A program made the position numbers and the translations under genes. A DNA stretch of 64,000 nt from a virus, in the IMG/VR virus record IMGVR_UViG_3300025704_000003; one strand, 5' to 3'. The notes beneath the pieces were generated by a model, which ran no database searches, was not told the DNA's origin, and was given only the letters and a program-made list of their open reading frames with translations. This document shows, piece after piece, positions 18,654 to 27,950 of this stretch (the first letter of the stretch is position 1; each line of letters starts with the position of its first letter).

Positions 18654-19407
18654 GCTTTACGATCACTGTATTGAATCTGTAAAACAATATTGTAAAGAAC
18701 ACAATATTGAACACGTGGTTCAGAAACAACCTATTCTTCGAATTAAGCCGGACGTATTTGCTACTAATCGTAGTAAAGAGTCGTATGAAAAACATGGTGG
18801 TTTCCTTCCAATATTTGAGAAGGAAAACGCCTTTACGTATTTGAAGACCAATGATCAAGTTGCTATTATCGATGCTGATATTTGGATTCGTCCAGGAGCT
18901 CCTAATATTTTTGATAAGGTACCAGAAGAGTATGATTTTGGTGGAGTACTAGAACGTGACATGCCAGTCACCTCGCAGTATTTACGTAAGATTGCTAACT
19001 ACTCTCGTATGCAATATGGTATGACGCCAATTAATCAACTATTTGATTGGAAACATCCTAGCGGAGCTGGAGCAGACTTTTATAATATGGGCATGATGGT
19101 TCTAAATAAAGGTTTTCAAAAATACCTTAAAGGCCAAACACCTCAACAGTTTTTAATGCGGCCTGAGTTCAAAGCCTTTATCGATGGAATGGGTAATTGG
19201 AAATGGTCGACCGATCAAACCCTTCTCAATGTCTTTGTAAAAGAAAGCGGGATGAACGTAAAGAACCTGACATTCCATTGGAATGGTTTATTTACTGGAA
19301 TTGATGCAGGCCGTGTTAAAGAATGTAATTTCGTACACTTCTTTCTAAAAGATAAGCTTCCTAATCGTGGCGAAAACGTAGAGGAGCTTATGACATATGT
19401 TGATTGA
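18610..19407 (+). CDS. GT-A glycosyltransferase (GT8/GT34-like)
   Basis: IIDADIW DxD, FYNMGMM, DQTLLN, FVHF. Confidence 0.75.
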   Translation: MKRVIYQVYVGKRSRLYDHCIESVKQYCKEHNIEHVVQKQPILRIKPDVFATNRSKESYEKHGGFLPIFEKENAFTYLKTNDQVAIIDADIWIRPGAPNIFDKVPEEYDFGGVLERDMPVTSQYLRKIANYSRMQYGMTPINQLFDWKHPSGAGADFYNMGMMVLNKGFQKYLKGQTPQQFLMRPEFKAFIDGMGNWKWSTDQTLLNVFVKESGMNVKNLTFHWNGLFTGIDAGRVKECNFVHFFLKDKLPNRGENVEELMTYVD

Positions 19408-20086
19408 TAAAAAGATTTTTGTGCACATTCCAAAAAATGCTGGAATGACAATTCGCCATAGTCCATTCTTAAAAGATAAGATTATGGTTAATGGAGCACA
19501 AACACACAAAAGCCGAGAATATACTCAAGAGCTTTTAGACACTATGGCCATGACAGGAGATCATCATGGAATTGAGCATGCACGCTGGCGAGACCTTAAT
19601 CCAACATACACAAGCAGATTTGGTGCTTTTGCTGTTGTTAGGAACCCTTGGGATCGTGTCGTTAGTCGTTACTTTTTCGCGAAAAAAGTTATCGAAGTTG
19701 AAAAGAAAAGTCCAGCATCATATGCAGACGTTTCTAGCTTTGATGCCTTTTTAGAGGAACGTCACAATTGGGGTAACCATCCGTTTATGTGGCATCGCGC
19801 CGTGCGTGGATGGTATCCTGCAGTAGATCATGTAACAGATGAACAAGGTAATCTTAAATGCGATATGATCCGCTTTGAAAATTTAAATGAAGATCTTATA
19901 TCATACTTCAATATTCCTACAATGTCTCGCGCAAGAAATGTTACAGCCTTAAATAAAGGTACATACATGGATATGTACACTGATAAGACTAAACAAATCA
20001 TTGCTGACTGGTATGCAAAAGATATCGATATGTGGGGATTCGACTTTGATACAGGAGCAACAAAAAATGTTTGGGCGCTAAGATGA
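19397..20086 (+). CDS. sulfotransferase (family 2-like)
   Basis: FVHIPKNAG 5'-PSB, VRNPWDRVVSRY 3'-PB, RFENL. Confidence 0.85.
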   Translation: MLIDKKIFVHIPKNAGMTIRHSPFLKDKIMVNGAQTHKSREYTQELLDTMAMTGDHHGIEHARWRDLNPTYTSRFGAFAVVRNPWDRVVSRYFFAKKVIEVEKKSPASYADVSSFDAFLEERHNWGNHPFMWHRAVRGWYPAVDHVTDEQGNLKCDMIRFENLNEDLISYFNIPTMSRARNVTALNKGTYMDMYTDKTKQIIADWYAKDIDMWGFDFDTGATKNVWALR

Positions 20087-20652
20087 TTCGTCTAGAAGCC
20101 CCAGTTAAAACGTTTACCGACCTAGAACATTTTTACAATGCACTTGTAGAACGTCAAACAGAGGCTCATGGCGATGAGTACGTTGCTCATCATAATATAA
20201 TTAGAGACAAAGCAAAAGACTGTAAGTCGTATCGTGAGTTAGGTGTTATGCAAGGAGCGACGGCTGCAGCGGCAGCCTTAGCCGGTTATGAATATTTAGA
20301 ACTTATCGATACGCATCCTAAACCATTTATGGAATATGAATCTTTATTTAAAAAATACAATTATAAGTTAATTGTAGACAGTTCAACAAATTTGATTATC
20401 GAAGACCGGCCGTTTGTTGATTTTCTTTTAATAGATTCAAATCACAAGCCAGCTCATTTGCGTAAAGAATTAGAAATACATCCCCAAAAAGTAAACAAAT
20501 ATATATTATTTCACGACACATTTGCTGTCAAAAAATTACAAGATGTTATAGATGAGTTTGTGAAAAAAAATTATACTGATTGGGCATTAGTAGAATATTA
20601 TCAGGAAAATGTTGGATATACATTAATTAAAAGGATTGGCAATGCTAGGTAA
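20083..20652 (+). CDS. class I SAM methyltransferase-like (Methyltransf_24-like)
   Basis: ELGVMQG, LLIDSNH, ILFHDT. Confidence 0.7.
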   Translation: MIRLEAPVKTFTDLEHFYNALVERQTEAHGDEYVAHHNIIRDKAKDCKSYRELGVMQGATAAAAALAGYEYLELIDTHPKPFMEYESLFKKYNYKLIVDSSTNLIIEDRPFVDFLLIDSNHKPAHLRKELEIHPQKVNKYILFHDTFAVKKLQDVIDEFVKKNYTDWALVEYYQENVGYTLIKRIGNAR

Positions 20653-21262
20653 ATTATTTGACGCTTATGGCTGTGACAAAACTAGAAAACACAAGTATGA
20701 CAGAGTTTACGAACCTGTCTTAGAAAAATATAAAGATGAAGAAATTAACATTTTAGAAATAGGAGTATTTAACGGACATAGCACTGAAGCATTTCATGAG
20801 TTTTTGCCAAAAGCAAACTTGTATGGAATTGATATCTTCGTACGTACTCGGGCTGAAGATCTACCTTGCTATCAAAAAGATCGTACTGATTATCTTAAAG
20901 CCAGCAGCATTGAGCCATCAGTAAGTCGACAGCTTATCGAAAAGTTTGGCAATATTAAGTTTGATGTAATTATCGATGATGGTTTGCATACGCCTAAAGC
21001 TAATATGTTGACGTTCCGTTATCTTTCTAAGTTTCTAAAAGAAGATGGTCATTTCTTTATCGAAGATGTATTTCCACTTGAGTCTATGACTATGAAAGAA
21101 TTAGAGCATCCATGGTTACGTCGTCATCCTGATCGCTATAACGCTTTAGATAATAATATGTTTCTAAAAGAAATAGAAGAGTCTGGCATGACTATTACTA
21201 GACACGATAACCGTAAGTTAACCGGTCAACCTGATAGCTATATTATCGAGTTAGTAAAATGA
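20642..21262 (+). CDS. class I SAM-dependent (sugar O-)methyltransferase
   Basis: DK..H.Y, ILEIGV, GIDI, FDVIIDDGLH, FIEDV. Confidence 0.8.
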   Translation: MLGKLFDAYGCDKTRKHKYDRVYEPVLEKYKDEEINILEIGVFNGHSTEAFHEFLPKANLYGIDIFVRTRAEDLPCYQKDRTDYLKASSIEPSVSRQLIEKFGNIKFDVIIDDGLHTPKANMLTFRYLSKFLKEDGHFFIEDVFPLESMTMKELEHPWLRRHPDRYNALDNNMFLKEIEESGMTITRHDNRKLTGQPDSYIIELVK

Positions 21263-21960
21263 AAGCATATGCAATTACATTAGGAGGACACACCGTGTCT
21301 GAAGCTGCGACCGCTGAGTTGATTCGCTCGTCGCACCTCGTCGGAAACGATTTTGTAATTGTACCGTTTAAAGCGGTAAGAGCAGAAAATGCTGATACTT
21401 GCTTTAGCGAAGCAAATCTTAAATGGTCATATCCATGGCATCAGCCTAAAATTGATATGGTTTCTGGATGCACTTTATCTCCGTATCGCACAGCTGATCC
21501 TAGAAAGCGTATAGCTTGTTTTTTAAGTCATTACAAACTATGGGAAGAGTGTGTAAAACTGCAAGAAAATATTTTAGTTTTAGAACACGATGCAGTGTTT
21601 ACAAGTAAGTTAGACTATGATATAATGGACAACAATAACTATGGCGTAATCGGTATTAATGATCCACGTGGTGCAACAAGAAAGGCTATGATATATCATA
21701 ACATGATACAAGAAAGCAAATATCATATTCAGCCAGTTCCTCGAATTGATACGGCTTTAATCCCTCAAGGTTTGGCCGGAAACTCTGCATATATAATTAA
21801 ACCATGGGCAGCAAAAGAAGTTATTGAGACTGTAAAGAGAATCGGAGCATGGCCTAACGATGCCTTGCTTTGTTATCAAAACTTTAAAATGAACTTTCTA
21901 GGTGTCACTAAGAAATATTATACAAAGGTGCAGGGTACTCCCTCGACAACTACTTTATGA
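21259..21960 (+). CDS. glycosyltransferase family 25-like
   Basis: ACFLSHYKLW, LVLEHDA, AYIIKP. Confidence 0.8.
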   Translation: MKAYAITLGGHTVSEAATAELIRSSHLVGNDFVIVPFKAVRAENADTCFSEANLKWSYPWHQPKIDMVSGCTLSPYRTADPRKRIACFLSHYKLWEECVKLQENILVLEHDAVFTSKLDYDIMDNNNYGVIGINDPRGATRKAMIYHNMIQESKYHIQPVPRIDTALIPQGLAGNSAYIIKPWAAKEVIETVKRIGAWPNDALLCYQNFKMNFLGVTKKYYTKVQGTPSTTTL

Positions 21961-22601
21961 AACACTATGTGATTACCATATTTGATAATGAAAAGTCTCA
22001 GTCTGTGGCTGAACGATGCATTAAATCTGGACGATCAATTGGCAAGCTTGAGATCGAAAAGTTTAAAGCTACTACTCCAAACGACGACCTCTATAAAATT
22101 ATTAAATCTGAAAAGATTAATATAGTCGAAATGAATGAGGTTTATTCTAGAACTTCAAATTGCATTGCTGCGTTTATTTCTCATTACAGACTATGGAAAC
22201 ATTCGGTAGAAACTAATCAGGAAATCACAATCTTTGAACATGATGCGGTATGTGTCAATACTATTCCTACTTTAATTAATTATAAAGGTGCCGTATCTTT
22301 AGGAATGCCTTCATACGGAAAGTACCACACGCCAAATAGCTTGGGTGTTAATAGTCTTACTTCTAAGCCTTATTTTCCTGGCGCTCACGCGTATCGGGTA
22401 AAGCCAGCAGCAGCACAATTGTTTATTGATCAGGCTCGTATGGAAGCTAGACCTACTGATGTGTTCTTGAATAGAAATACCTTTCCATTCTTAGAAGAAT
22501 ATTTCCCATGGCCAGTTGAAGCTAAAGACAGTTTTACTACTATTCAAAGTGAACGCGGATGTACAGCAAAACATAATAAGGTAGAAATTATAGATGTTTA
22601 A
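21957..22601 (+). CDS. glycosyltransferase family 25-like
   Basis: AAFISHYRLW, IFEHDA, GAHAYRVKP. Confidence 0.8.
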   Translation: MKHYVITIFDNEKSQSVAERCIKSGRSIGKLEIEKFKATTPNDDLYKIIKSEKINIVEMNEVYSRTSNCIAAFISHYRLWKHSVETNQEITIFEHDAVCVNTIPTLINYKGAVSLGMPSYGKYHTPNSLGVNSLTSKPYFPGAHAYRVKPAAAQLFIDQARMEARPTDVFLNRNTFPFLEEYFPWPVEAKDSFTTIQSERGCTAKHNKVEIIDV

Positions 22602-23250
22602 TACGGATCTTACACGAGCCTTCATGACAGGTAGTGATACCAACACTGAATGGATGCTGCCATGGATGCTTGATAACTATCAAAAACATAATACTATTCC
22701 TATTACGGTAGTAGATTTTGGTATGTCAGACAAGATGCTAAACCATCTTGAGACTAGAGTGCATTCAATTGGAAGACTTGAAACACCACGCAATGTACCG
22801 ACATGGCTTTATAAACCAGGAGCAATGCTTAACTCTCCGTATAGAGAGACGTGCTGGCTAGATACTGATTGCGAAGTGCTAGGAGATATTTCAGGAATAT
22901 TTGATAATCTATTACCTGAAAAATTACATATGGTTGTAGACAAGCCTTGGACAAAGCGTGGTAATTCTGAAATGTATAATTCAGGTGTAGTAGCGTTTAA
23001 AGGTAAACCACAGATTCTAAAAGCTTGGGCTCAACAATGTTATGACAGACCTAGCCGCGGCGATCAAGAAACGCTACATGAAATGTTAGATCCTTTGCAA
23101 AAGGCTGTTAATATTGTAGATCTATCGCATTCATATAATGTTTTACGTCTTGATCATATTGACAAAACCGCTCCAAAGAAAATTTTAATTAATCATTGGA
23201 CTGGCAATAAAGGCAAAGAAAAAATTCGGAGTATGATGAATAATGTCTAA
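22594..23250 (+). CDS. GT-A glycosyltransferase (GT8-like)
   Basis: VDFGMS, WLDTD, YNSGV, GDQE, INHWTG. Confidence 0.75.
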   Translation: MFNTDLTRAFMTGSDTNTEWMLPWMLDNYQKHNTIPITVVDFGMSDKMLNHLETRVHSIGRLETPRNVPTWLYKPGAMLNSPYRETCWLDTDCEVLGDISGIFDNLLPEKLHMVVDKPWTKRGNSEMYNSGVVAFKGKPQILKAWAQQCYDRPSRGDQETLHEMLDPLQKAVNIVDLSHSYNVLRLDHIDKTAPKKILINHWTGNKGKEKIRSMMNNV

Positions 23251-23854
23251 AGTAGCACATATTATTGGAAATGGAGATAGCTTTCGGTTTTATAAGCCGG
23301 CTAAAGGTATCATTATGACGTGTAATCTTCCACCTATGGAAGTTAGCAACGTATATGCTACAGCTATCGTTGATTTTAAAATGTGTCGAGCTATGGATGA
23401 AGGTAGTGTAGACTTGCGTGCATATGATTGGGTTATGGGTGCACGTCCTAAAAAATATATGGAAATGAAACCAAACTTTTATATGAGGTTTGCTCGACAT
23501 ATTAAAGAGTTTTATACAGAGCTACCACCATATGTTGCTAACTATACAGATTTTAATTGTGGTCACATGTGTACGCACTACGTTTCTAACAAACTAAACT
23601 GTGATGAAGTCCATATGTACGGCTTCGATTCTATCTTTGACTTCAATCTTATTAGTACTACAGACTTTGTGCTTAATTCAAATCGTGATGCATTTAATAC
23701 GCATAGATTAGCTCAAAACTGGAGGCCTATTTGGGAAGGTTTGTTTAGACAATTTCCTAATACTCAGTTTGTTGTCTATCATAAGCACGGCGCTGCTAAA
23801 GTAAATCTTCCAAAAAATGTTGAAGTTCGTACTGGTGCTATTAATAAAAAATGA
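23243..23854 (+). CDS. hypothetical protein, GT29/Maf-like fold
   Basis: IIGNGDS, CN, NCGH, MYGFDS. Confidence 0.55.
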   Translation: MSKVAHIIGNGDSFRFYKPAKGIIMTCNLPPMEVSNVYATAIVDFKMCRAMDEGSVDLRAYDWVMGARPKKYMEMKPNFYMRFARHIKEFYTELPPYVANYTDFNCGHMCTHYVSNKLNCDEVHMYGFDSIFDFNLISTTDFVLNSNRDAFNTHRLAQNWRPIWEGLFRQFPNTQFVVYHKHGAAKVNLPKNVEVRTGAINKK

Positions 23855-23863
23855 ATTTAACTG

Positions 23864-23892
23864 TGTACATTTGATTTGTTTTATGTTAGAGT
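23864..23892 (+). promoter_or_regulatory. early/middle promoter (TGTAC family)
   Basis: TTTAACTG-TGTACA-N17-TAGAGT. Confidence 0.7.
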
Positions 23893-23898
23893 GCTTGT

Positions 23899-24315
23899 AT
23901 GATTATTGAATTTACTGGACATGTGAAAAAAGCAATTCGTGAGGAATCCGAATTAGCTATATGGTTTGCTAAAGAGCAGCTCATGCCACGTTATAGAAAA
24001 ATAGATATCACTGTAAAATTTGTGAAAAACCTTAGGGAAAAAGAAGGAATTCACGGTGATGTTTTAGACGAGGATGACAGAGAGTATACGATGCGTATTG
24101 ACAGCAGTCAAGCTCGTAAAGAAATTATCGCCACTATATTACACGAGATGGTTCATGTGTACCAATATGCTACTCGTAAGATGACGCAACCATGTGGCGA
24201 TCGTATAATCTATGAGAAAAAAGCATATCCATGGAATATGGAATATGAACAAAAACCATGGGAAATAGAAGCCCATGCATTAGAGCGCGTTTTATATGAC
24301 AATTTTTATAAATAA
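23899..24315 (+). CDS. zinc metallopeptidase (SprT-like)
   Basis: HEMVH, PWEIEA. Confidence 0.8.
   Translation: MIIEFTGHVKKAIREESELAIWFAKEQLMPRYRKIDITVKFVKNLREKEGIHGDVLDEDDREYTMRIDSSQARKEIIATILHEMVHVYQYATRKMTQPCGDRIIYEKKAYPWNMEYEQKPWEIEAHALERVLYDNFYK
24307..24314 (+). promoter_or_regulatory. T4-type late promoter
   Basis: TATAAATA at gene end. Confidence 0.5.
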
Positions 24316-24345
24316 CCGTATGTTTAACAACAACGGGATTCATAT

Positions 24346-24537
24346 ATGGACGACGAAAGCGAGCGGTTTATGCTGCAGCTAGATGATCCGTGCGACCATA
24401 TTACAGATACTACAGGATGGACAAGATATGAACACACAAAAGAACGATCCGGAACCGGAAAGATACTACGAGTGGATGCTGTGGAAGATGCGGCAAGTGG
24501 AAGCTTTATCGGACTCGGACAAAAAAATTCTAAGTGA
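24346..24537 (+). CDS. small hypothetical protein
   Basis: 63 aa; alternative overlapping ORF 24428-24541 (MNTQKNDPEPERYYEWMLW) also plausible. Confidence 0.4.
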   Translation: MDDESERFMLQLDDPCDHITDTTGWTRYEHTKERSGTGKILRVDAVEDAASGSFIGLGQKNSK

Positions 24538-24610
24538 TTGATCTGTAACAAAACTATTTTCGCAAAAAACTAAATTAACTGTGTACATTCCCTTTTAGAT
24601 ATGTTATAAA
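24531..24610 (+). repeat. promoter cassette repeat, copy 1
   Basis: 57 bp (24531-24587) matches 32051-32107 at 50/57; ends in TGTACA-N17-TATAAA. Confidence 0.85.
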
Positions 24611-24627
24611 GGATATATCAAGAGGAG

Positions 24628-24888
24628 ATGAACATGTCTATACAGAAACTTATCGATCAAACATACTCATATATGCAGACTGCTTCTAAAGATCTACGTG
24701 GTCTTTATGAAGATGATATGTCCGATTTTGAATCAGTACAGCGTTTGATTAATTCAGATGATATTGATGGTGCTGTAGCAAAGATTGATGATATGGATAC
24801 CACGCCACGTGAGCAGATCGTATTGGCTATTGCCGATGAGTACGGTAATGGATACGTAGAAACTGTAATTGGTTATGAGGTAGCATAA
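24628..24888 (+). CDS. hypothetical protein
   Basis: GAGGAG RBS (start probably 24634); acidic. Confidence 0.75.
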   Translation: MNMSIQKLIDQTYSYMQTASKDLRGLYEDDMSDFESVQRLINSDDIDGAVAKIDDMDTTPREQIVLAIADEYGNGYVETVIGYEVA

Positions 24889-25289
24889 TGTCATTTACTT
24901 ATTCAGACGATTGTTTCTCAGATCTCCATAAAGATGTTTATGGTTTTCGTCCTCGTGGTACTGCCATGGATAACTGGGACATGATGGGTCCTACTCGTAA
25001 ACAAGCTTATTGGGATGAGCTTTGTGCAGAGCTAGAAGCTAACACTATCTTTGAGAAGCAGCAAGCAGAAAATGCTGTTGCTAAATTTGAAGCTCGTGTC
25101 AAAGATGTTATCGAGCTAGGCGCTGGCAATCGTACTAACGCTCTTCTCTGGATGACTAGTTCAGAAAAGTTCTTCCATTCTCAAAGCGTAGAGCATTTTG
25201 TTTGGGAGCAAGGCATCTTGTTTACCGACTATGGTAGGCAGCTAGTCAAAGACCTTTGTGAAATTGTAGAATATGAGGAATATGTATAA
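24888..25289 (+). CDS. hypothetical protein
   Basis: SDLHKDVYGFRPR motif recalled from phage early proteins. Confidence 0.75.
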   Translation: MSFTYSDDCFSDLHKDVYGFRPRGTAMDNWDMMGPTRKQAYWDELCAELEANTIFEKQQAENAVAKFEARVKDVIELGAGNRTNALLWMTSSEKFFHSQSVEHFVWEQGILFTDYGRQLVKDLCEIVEYEEYV

Positions 25290-25432
25290 TGTGGTATGTA
25301 GAAGTTATTGAAAGCTGGACTAATCAAGAAGTTCAGATTTGGGAATGCCTAACAAGGCAGCAGTCTCGTGAAATCCATAGACAGTTTTCACAAAGCGGTG
25401 CAGCTATGGTACGATCAGGTATTATGCAATGA
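25289..25432 (+). CDS. small hypothetical protein (47 aa, not in ORF track)
   Basis: GAGG RBS, coupled at both ends. Confidence 0.6.
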   Translation: MWYVEVIESWTNQEVQIWECLTRQQSREIHRQFSQSGAAMVRSGIMQ

Positions 25433-25779
25433 GTATGCATATGATTCGTGGTGTTCAAGTTCACGGCAGTAAGCGCCGTAAGTCAAAAAACAAATCAAAG
25501 TCTCTGTTAAAGGCAGAGGCTGACATGGAAAAGTTCTATGCAAAGATGGGTATAGATAAAGACAAGAAGTCAGATTACCGGTATAAATTACCAGATTACG
25601 ATACTGGACCTCGTATGACTTCTGATAAAATATGTAGCCACGGGCCCGCTATAGATCGCAAAGAATATAACGGAGAGCGGCAGCTCATAGGAATTGCTAC
25701 TATGCATAAATCTAATATGGTTCCAATCTTTGCAGACCGCAAAGAGGATGCCAAAGATATCGCTAGTATGCGCCGGTGA
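25429..25779 (+). CDS. conserved hypothetical protein
   Basis: GIATMHKSNMVPIF...MRR motif. Confidence 0.75.
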   Translation: MSMHMIRGVQVHGSKRRKSKNKSKSLLKAEADMEKFYAKMGIDKDKKSDYRYKLPDYDTGPRMTSDKICSHGPAIDRKEYNGERQLIGIATMHKSNMVPIFADRKEDAKDIASMRR

Positions 25780-25813
25780 GATTGATAAAAATAAACAAGA
25801 AGATAATTGAATT

Positions 25814-25890
25814 CTCTACGTAGCTCAACTGGATAGAGCAGCCGACTTCTAATCGGCAGGTTGAGGGTTCGAGTCCTTCCGTGGAGGCCA
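25814..25890 (+). tRNA. tRNA-Arg(UCU)
   Basis: acceptor CTCTACG/CGTGGAG, D-arm GCTC..GAGC, anticodon arm GCCGA-CT-TCT-AA-TCGGC, TTCGAGT T-loop, encoded CCA. Confidence 0.95.
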
Positions 25891-25894
25891 AAAT

Positions 25895-26083
25895 ATGTGG
25901 ACGTTAGTACTAATAGTAATTATTAACGGTAAAGTCGGAGCAAGTCAAGTTGGAACATACGATAACATGATGGATTGCTTTCGAGATAGAGAATCATTAG
26001 CCATAACGGCTGGTGGAAAAGATGGGTATTATCCCTTGGATATGCAGGGGATATGCGTTAAAAGAAATCAGATAGGAACATAA
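25895..26083 (+). CDS. small secreted/membrane two-Cys protein
   Basis: hydrophobic N-terminus, YDNMMDC...C. Confidence 0.65.
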   Translation: MWTLVLIVIINGKVGASQVGTYDNMMDCFRDRESLAITAGGKDGYYPLDMQGICVKRNQIGT

Positions 26084-26084
26084 G

Positions 26085-26186
26085 ATGATTAATTATATTA
26101 AAAGACTACATTGGAAATGCATCGTCGGTACGGTTGCTCTTCTTGTTATTGGATTCTTGCTAGGACACATTTATGCCTTGGCCTAG
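26085..26186 (+). CDS. 33 aa single-TM peptide (not in ORF track)
   Basis: AGGA RBS; MINYIKRLHWKCIVGTVALLVIGFLLGHIYALA. Confidence 0.5.
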   Translation: MINYIKRLHWKCIVGTVALLVIGFLLGHIYALA

Positions 26187-26265
26187 AAAGAATCGACCAA
26201 GTACTGGCCGCCGCAAAATCGGATCAAGTAAACGTAAAGCTCGTAGACAAAGGAAGAAGAAATGA
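26173..26265 (+). CDS. 30 aa highly basic peptide (not in ORF track)
   Basis: AGGA RBS; MPWPRKNRPSTGRRKIGSSKRKARRQRKKK; ATGA overlap with next gene. Confidence 0.55.
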   Translation: MPWPRKNRPSTGRRKIGSSKRKARRQRKKK

Positions 26266-26765
26266 AATATTTAGCTACCGCCGCAATTATTGCAATGACT
26301 ACAACATCAGCTATGGCAGAAACTGTCAGAGCTACTATTACTCGTGTTGAGCCTAATTATGGATATCGACAGGTTAATGCACCAGTACAACAGTGCCAAA
26401 ATGTTGAAGTGCCAATTTATGGTTCTGTGCAAGGCGGCGGTGCTACAGGTGGTGACGTACTAGGAGGTATGATCCTAGGCGCGCTGCTTGGTAAAGGCGC
26501 TAGCGGTAACAGCGATGGCGCTCAAGTAGGAGCTGTACTGGGTGGTATTATTGCTGCAGACAAAGGGCAAAAGTCTAGACAGGTTGTAACAGGTTATAAA
26601 GTAGAACGTCAATGCCATACAACTATCAACACAGAGACCGAACGTTTTGTCAAAAACAATAAAATTTGGTTTACATGGAATGGTATTGAAGGTACAGCAT
26701 ACACATATAATAACTATCGTACAGGTCAGCGCATTCCAGTACAAGTAACTTTGCAGGCAAACTAA
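26262..26765 (+). CDS. secreted glycine-zipper 2TM protein (YcfJ-like)
   Basis: signal peptide, GGMILGALLG...GAVLGGIIA, two Cys. Confidence 0.75.
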   Translation: MKYLATAAIIAMTTTSAMAETVRATITRVEPNYGYRQVNAPVQQCQNVEVPIYGSVQGGGATGGDVLGGMILGALLGKGASGNSDGAQVGAVLGGIIAADKGQKSRQVVTGYKVERQCHTTINTETERFVKNNKIWFTWNGIEGTAYTYNNYRTGQRIPVQVTLQAN

Positions 26766-27004
26766 TGGCAGATATTTTTGATTTTGGCTTTACTGCCGTA
26801 GACGAAGAAGAATTAGAGGCCGTACAGAAAGTTTCTGTTGCGGCCGAATCTGCTGAAGATAGACTGCATAGTTTATATAATGCAATTATACCTTTGCTCA
26901 ATAATTTAAAACAGAATCCTGAAAAGGATTATATCTTGTGGCCAAACAGGTTGGAAAAAGTAGAGCAGTTTGAAAGTCATTTGCTATCCATTTATAAAGG
27001 ATAG
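26765..27004 (+). CDS. conserved hypothetical protein
   Basis: FDFGFTAVDE...PLLNNLKQNPEKDYILWPNR. Confidence 0.75.
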   Translation: MADIFDFGFTAVDEEELEAVQKVSVAAESAEDRLHSLYNAIIPLLNNLKQNPEKDYILWPNRLEKVEQFESHLLSIYKG

Positions 27005-27007
27005 CAC

Positions 27008-27226
27008 ATGAATACTTTATTTACTGCACTTCTGCTTATATGCAATATGGAAAATGGAGTTCCTGTTTGCAAAGGCGTGGCAAATCCTGGTCTTTACCCT
27101 ACTTTAGAGATATGCTTACAGAGCGTAGCCGAAGGAATTAAAACCTTTGAGTCTAATGGTTTTAAGGTTGCAGCCTATCAGTGCTACGAATGGGGTACAG
27201 GCAAGCATATTAAGGATCTACTCTGA
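27008..27226 (+). CDS. small Cys-containing secreted/membrane protein
   Basis: hydrophobic N-terminus, YPTLEIC...C. Confidence 0.65.
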   Translation: MNTLFTALLLICNMENGVPVCKGVANPGLYPTLEICLQSVAEGIKTFESNGFKVAAYQCYEWGTGKHIKDLL

Positions 27227-27418
27227 ACTCTTCATTGTTTCAGGTATGCAATATGCCCTAATGACCGGAGATCCTGTGTAGGTAAAATTTAGTTCTCTTG
27301 CCATATATGTACAGTCTGATAGTTTAGAGAAATAAACTCTATCGGCTATTTCTTCACCTCTACTTACTATCAGTAGTACAAAATATATCGCACCAAATTC
27401 AACCACCAGTTCACCCAA
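27218..27418 (-). CDS. small two-Cys membrane protein
   Basis: FSKLSDC...AYC; convergent operon end. Confidence 0.6.
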   Translation of the reverse strand: MGELVVEFGAIYFVLLIVSRGEEIADRVYFSKLSDCTYMARELNFTYTGSPVIRAYCIPETMKSSE

Positions 27419-27619
27419 TTATGTTTTACCACCTACGTAACCGGCAACCAATCCAATGATGCCAGTGATGCTCATCTGTAACAACTCTACTATGTTACCG
27501 TCTAATTCACCACCGTGTTCATTTGCTGCAGCAAACTCATCTATTACAATTAACCCGAGCAATGCCATTAAACCGCACGCCATGACAAGGACAATAAGTC
27601 CTTTAATATTACTAATCAT
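27419..27619 (-). CDS. small two-TM protein
   Basis: two hydrophobic segments. Confidence 0.7.
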   Translation of the reverse strand: MISNIKGLIVLVMACGLMALLGLIVIDEFAAANEHGGELDGNIVELLQMSITGIIGLVAGYVGGKT

Positions 27620-27937
27620 TTAAAATTCCTCTACTACAAACTCGCCCCAGGCTTGGCCAAATATCCATATTAAAACTAATATATACGCAGATGCAACTAA
27701 TAGTGCAGGCACAACAAGTAGCTGTATCCAACGCGGTTTATTCTTTACCCAACGAATTATTTTTTTAATTTTATTTTTTAATCCATCTAATACATAAGTG
27801 CCTATTGTCCAACGTATCATTCTCATTACTATTAGAATAGGCGAAGTGATTACATCAAAGAGCACCAGGAAAAGATCTACTGCAGCATCGACGATATTGT
27901 CAAGGCTAAATACTTTCTTGAGTTTATTCTTATCCAT
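27620..27937 (-). CDS. membrane protein
   Basis: hydrophobic segments, tight operon. Confidence 0.65.
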   Translation of the reverse strand: MDKNKLKKVFSLDNIVDAAVDLFLVLFDVITSPILIVMRMIRWTIGTYVLDGLKNKIKKIIRWVKNKPRWIQLLVVPALLVASAYILVLIWIFGQAWGEFVVEEF

Positions 27938-27950
27938 TTTTTACCCGTTC

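Noticed and set aside
26111-26350. 79-aa ORF with TTG start
   Set aside because: Better explained by two smaller RBS-bearing ORFs (26085-26186, 26173-26265)
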